A stretch of 64,000 bases of DNA from Squalus acanthias (lineage: Eukaryota). Shown here in pieces: positions 62,032 through 64,000 of the stretch (position 1 is its first letter; every line of letters starts with the position of its first letter). The notes beneath the pieces were generated by a model. The model worked only from the letters and a program-made list of their open reading frames with translations. It had not been told where the DNA came from and made no database searches. The position numbers and the translations under genes are program-made. Location: NCBI GenBank assembly GCA_030390025.1, contig CM059432.1, positions 117,864,001 through 117,928,000 of the forward strand, given 5' to 3'.

Positions 62032-63329
62032 TAAACAACTTTGCATAAAACATCTACAACAGCAGATTCTGAGCAGATTTAAACAATAACAGATCACCTG
62101 ATGCAGTAAAACACAACCTGATTATTGTGAATAATGTTCAAACAAATCTAATATTTTATCATATGGATCTTCAAGACACCAAGAGTAACTTATAATTCAC
62201 TTTATCATGGGTTGTCAGGCCAAAAGAGTTTGAAGGGTTTCCTTCTGTCTACTGTTTTAACAGAAGCATTAAACTATATAAAATAAAGATGATATTAAAC
62301 TTAATATGCAAATGACATAATTTAATTGGATTGTTGAAACTGGAGGAAGAGCAAATAATGTACAACAGCAAACACCTCTGAAGGGTTTTAGATCTTTAAA
62401 ATGAATGGGTTGAGACCTGCATTAAAATAGTAGACAGAAGAATGTTGTAGCAACAGATTAATCATTTAGATGTTAATATCACAAACATATGTTTCAGGCT
62501 ACAATGTTGAACAGAACAGTGCGGATAATCACTAATCTGGAGGAAGGTAAGAAAAGACAAATGCCCTGTTGATGACAAGTTGGAGGTCAAATGAGTTTTA
62601 AAATTCTTTTTCATTATTTGAAAAAGAAAAGCCCTTTGTCAAAATGGTACCTGCAGTTGCTTAAATTGTTTGAAGGGAAAGAAAAAGATTAATGAAAATG
62701 TTGATTAAATGAGTTTGTATATCAGTGCAGATAGAAACAAAGATAATTAAAATTCAGAGGTAGTTTAGAAATCTTTTAGAAGGCTTTTGAATGCATTATG
62801 CAATACTGAAATGGTAACATGGTTTGCGAACTATACAATACAGATCTTTCAGGGCTGTCTTGAATTGTTATAGATTATATAAATGTACATAAACTTATAT
62901 CTTCTTAAAACTGAAAAAAAAACTGTTTAAAGATAGTGCATTTTTGTCAGCAAACCTTTACTGAACAGTATCCCCAACTAGCAACCCAATGTGTCCACAG
63001 CGGCAAATATTTGAAGCAACTGCACCGAAGGGCTATTTTTTTCCAAGTCATTGTTTGAATTCAGCTTTTAGTACAATCGATCGAGCACAAAGTAGGACAG
63101 AATGTCACCATACCCAAGAGAAAGTGCCAGTGAAAGAGTACATAAAAAACAACGCATTCTAACACAAGGTACAGATGAAATCTGTTCAACCTCAGTGTAT
63201 GTACAGTTAGTTGAATTTAAATGGCTTCTGAGAATGAGCAAAACAAATCAAAAGAGCTGCTATTTAATTCTTCCGTAACACACCATAAGTGACTTATAAT
63301 TCATGTTAGCAAACAGAATAATGTTGTCC

Positions 63330-64000
63330 TAATATGGCCTTTGAAGACAGCGAGAAGAGGAGTGGTGAATGCAACCTTGAGCTATGGAGCAGTTTGGTTG
63401 CCCCTTTCCGCAGTACCTCCAATGCCTCAATATTCTTGCAGCAGTTTGGCGGCCAAAACGGTACATAGTTCGTCAGGTGTGTCTCTGTCCCTCTGCATAT
63501 ACATCCCAAAATCTGGTTTGCTTTTCTTATCACTTCTGCACACTGGTTTCTGCGAGTTATTCAATAATACAATTCTGTGTTGTTTCCTGTAACTTAGAGC
63601 CAGATATTCCTACTGTTTATTTCCCTTTGCCAGTCTCATTAGCTTGTACTTATTCATATTGTATGCCTTTATCCTCCTTTCCAGACCCCTTTATGTATGG
63701 TTTACCTGCTCCCTAGTAGTTGAACCCGTCCCCCAATTTAGTCTCATCCGGAAACTTTTCTGTTCCCATCCCCAGAACATTTTGATACAATATAAACAGC
63801 AATAGCCCCAGCACTGATCCCTGTGGCACCCTGCTAGTGACCCCTTTTTAAGTTGATATGGTCCCATTCACAACCATCCTTTGTTTTCTTGAGTTTATAT
63901 ATTGCGATGCACCAATTTTCAATCCACCTCAAAAGTTTGCCTCCTTTCTGTGCTTTTTGTACCTCAGGGACTAATTGTTTGTGCGGCACCTTATCAAGAG
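63330..64000 (-). mobile_element. Old CR1-like LINE RT fragments
   Basis: Reverse strand reads [34 protein letters not shown]. Confidence 0.7.

Overview
Eukaryotic, vertebrate-type intergenic or intronic DNA with no recognisable host gene exon. The repeat families suggest a cartilaginous fish (inference). The window is almost entirely nested transposable elements: CR1 and L2 LINEs, several PIF/Harbinger transposons (one nearly intact) and their MITEs, a pogo/Tigger element, a non-autonomous hAT, Penelope-type hammerhead repeats, Deu-domain SINEs and a solo LTR. The most striking signal is a ~3.3 kb single-ORF endonuclease/reverse-transcriptase LINE family with near full-length copies at 43281-46316 and 55075-59155. 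Its 5' end is a tRNA-Thr(AGT)-derived head with Pol III A and B boxes. Its sense strand is essentially free of TTTT Pol III terminators, and its ORF appears to lack an AUG start. Short head-plus-tail SINE derivatives of it lie at 25088-25393 and 38334-38687. Together this suggests a protein-coding, RNA polymerase III-transcribed retrotransposon and its SINE offspring.
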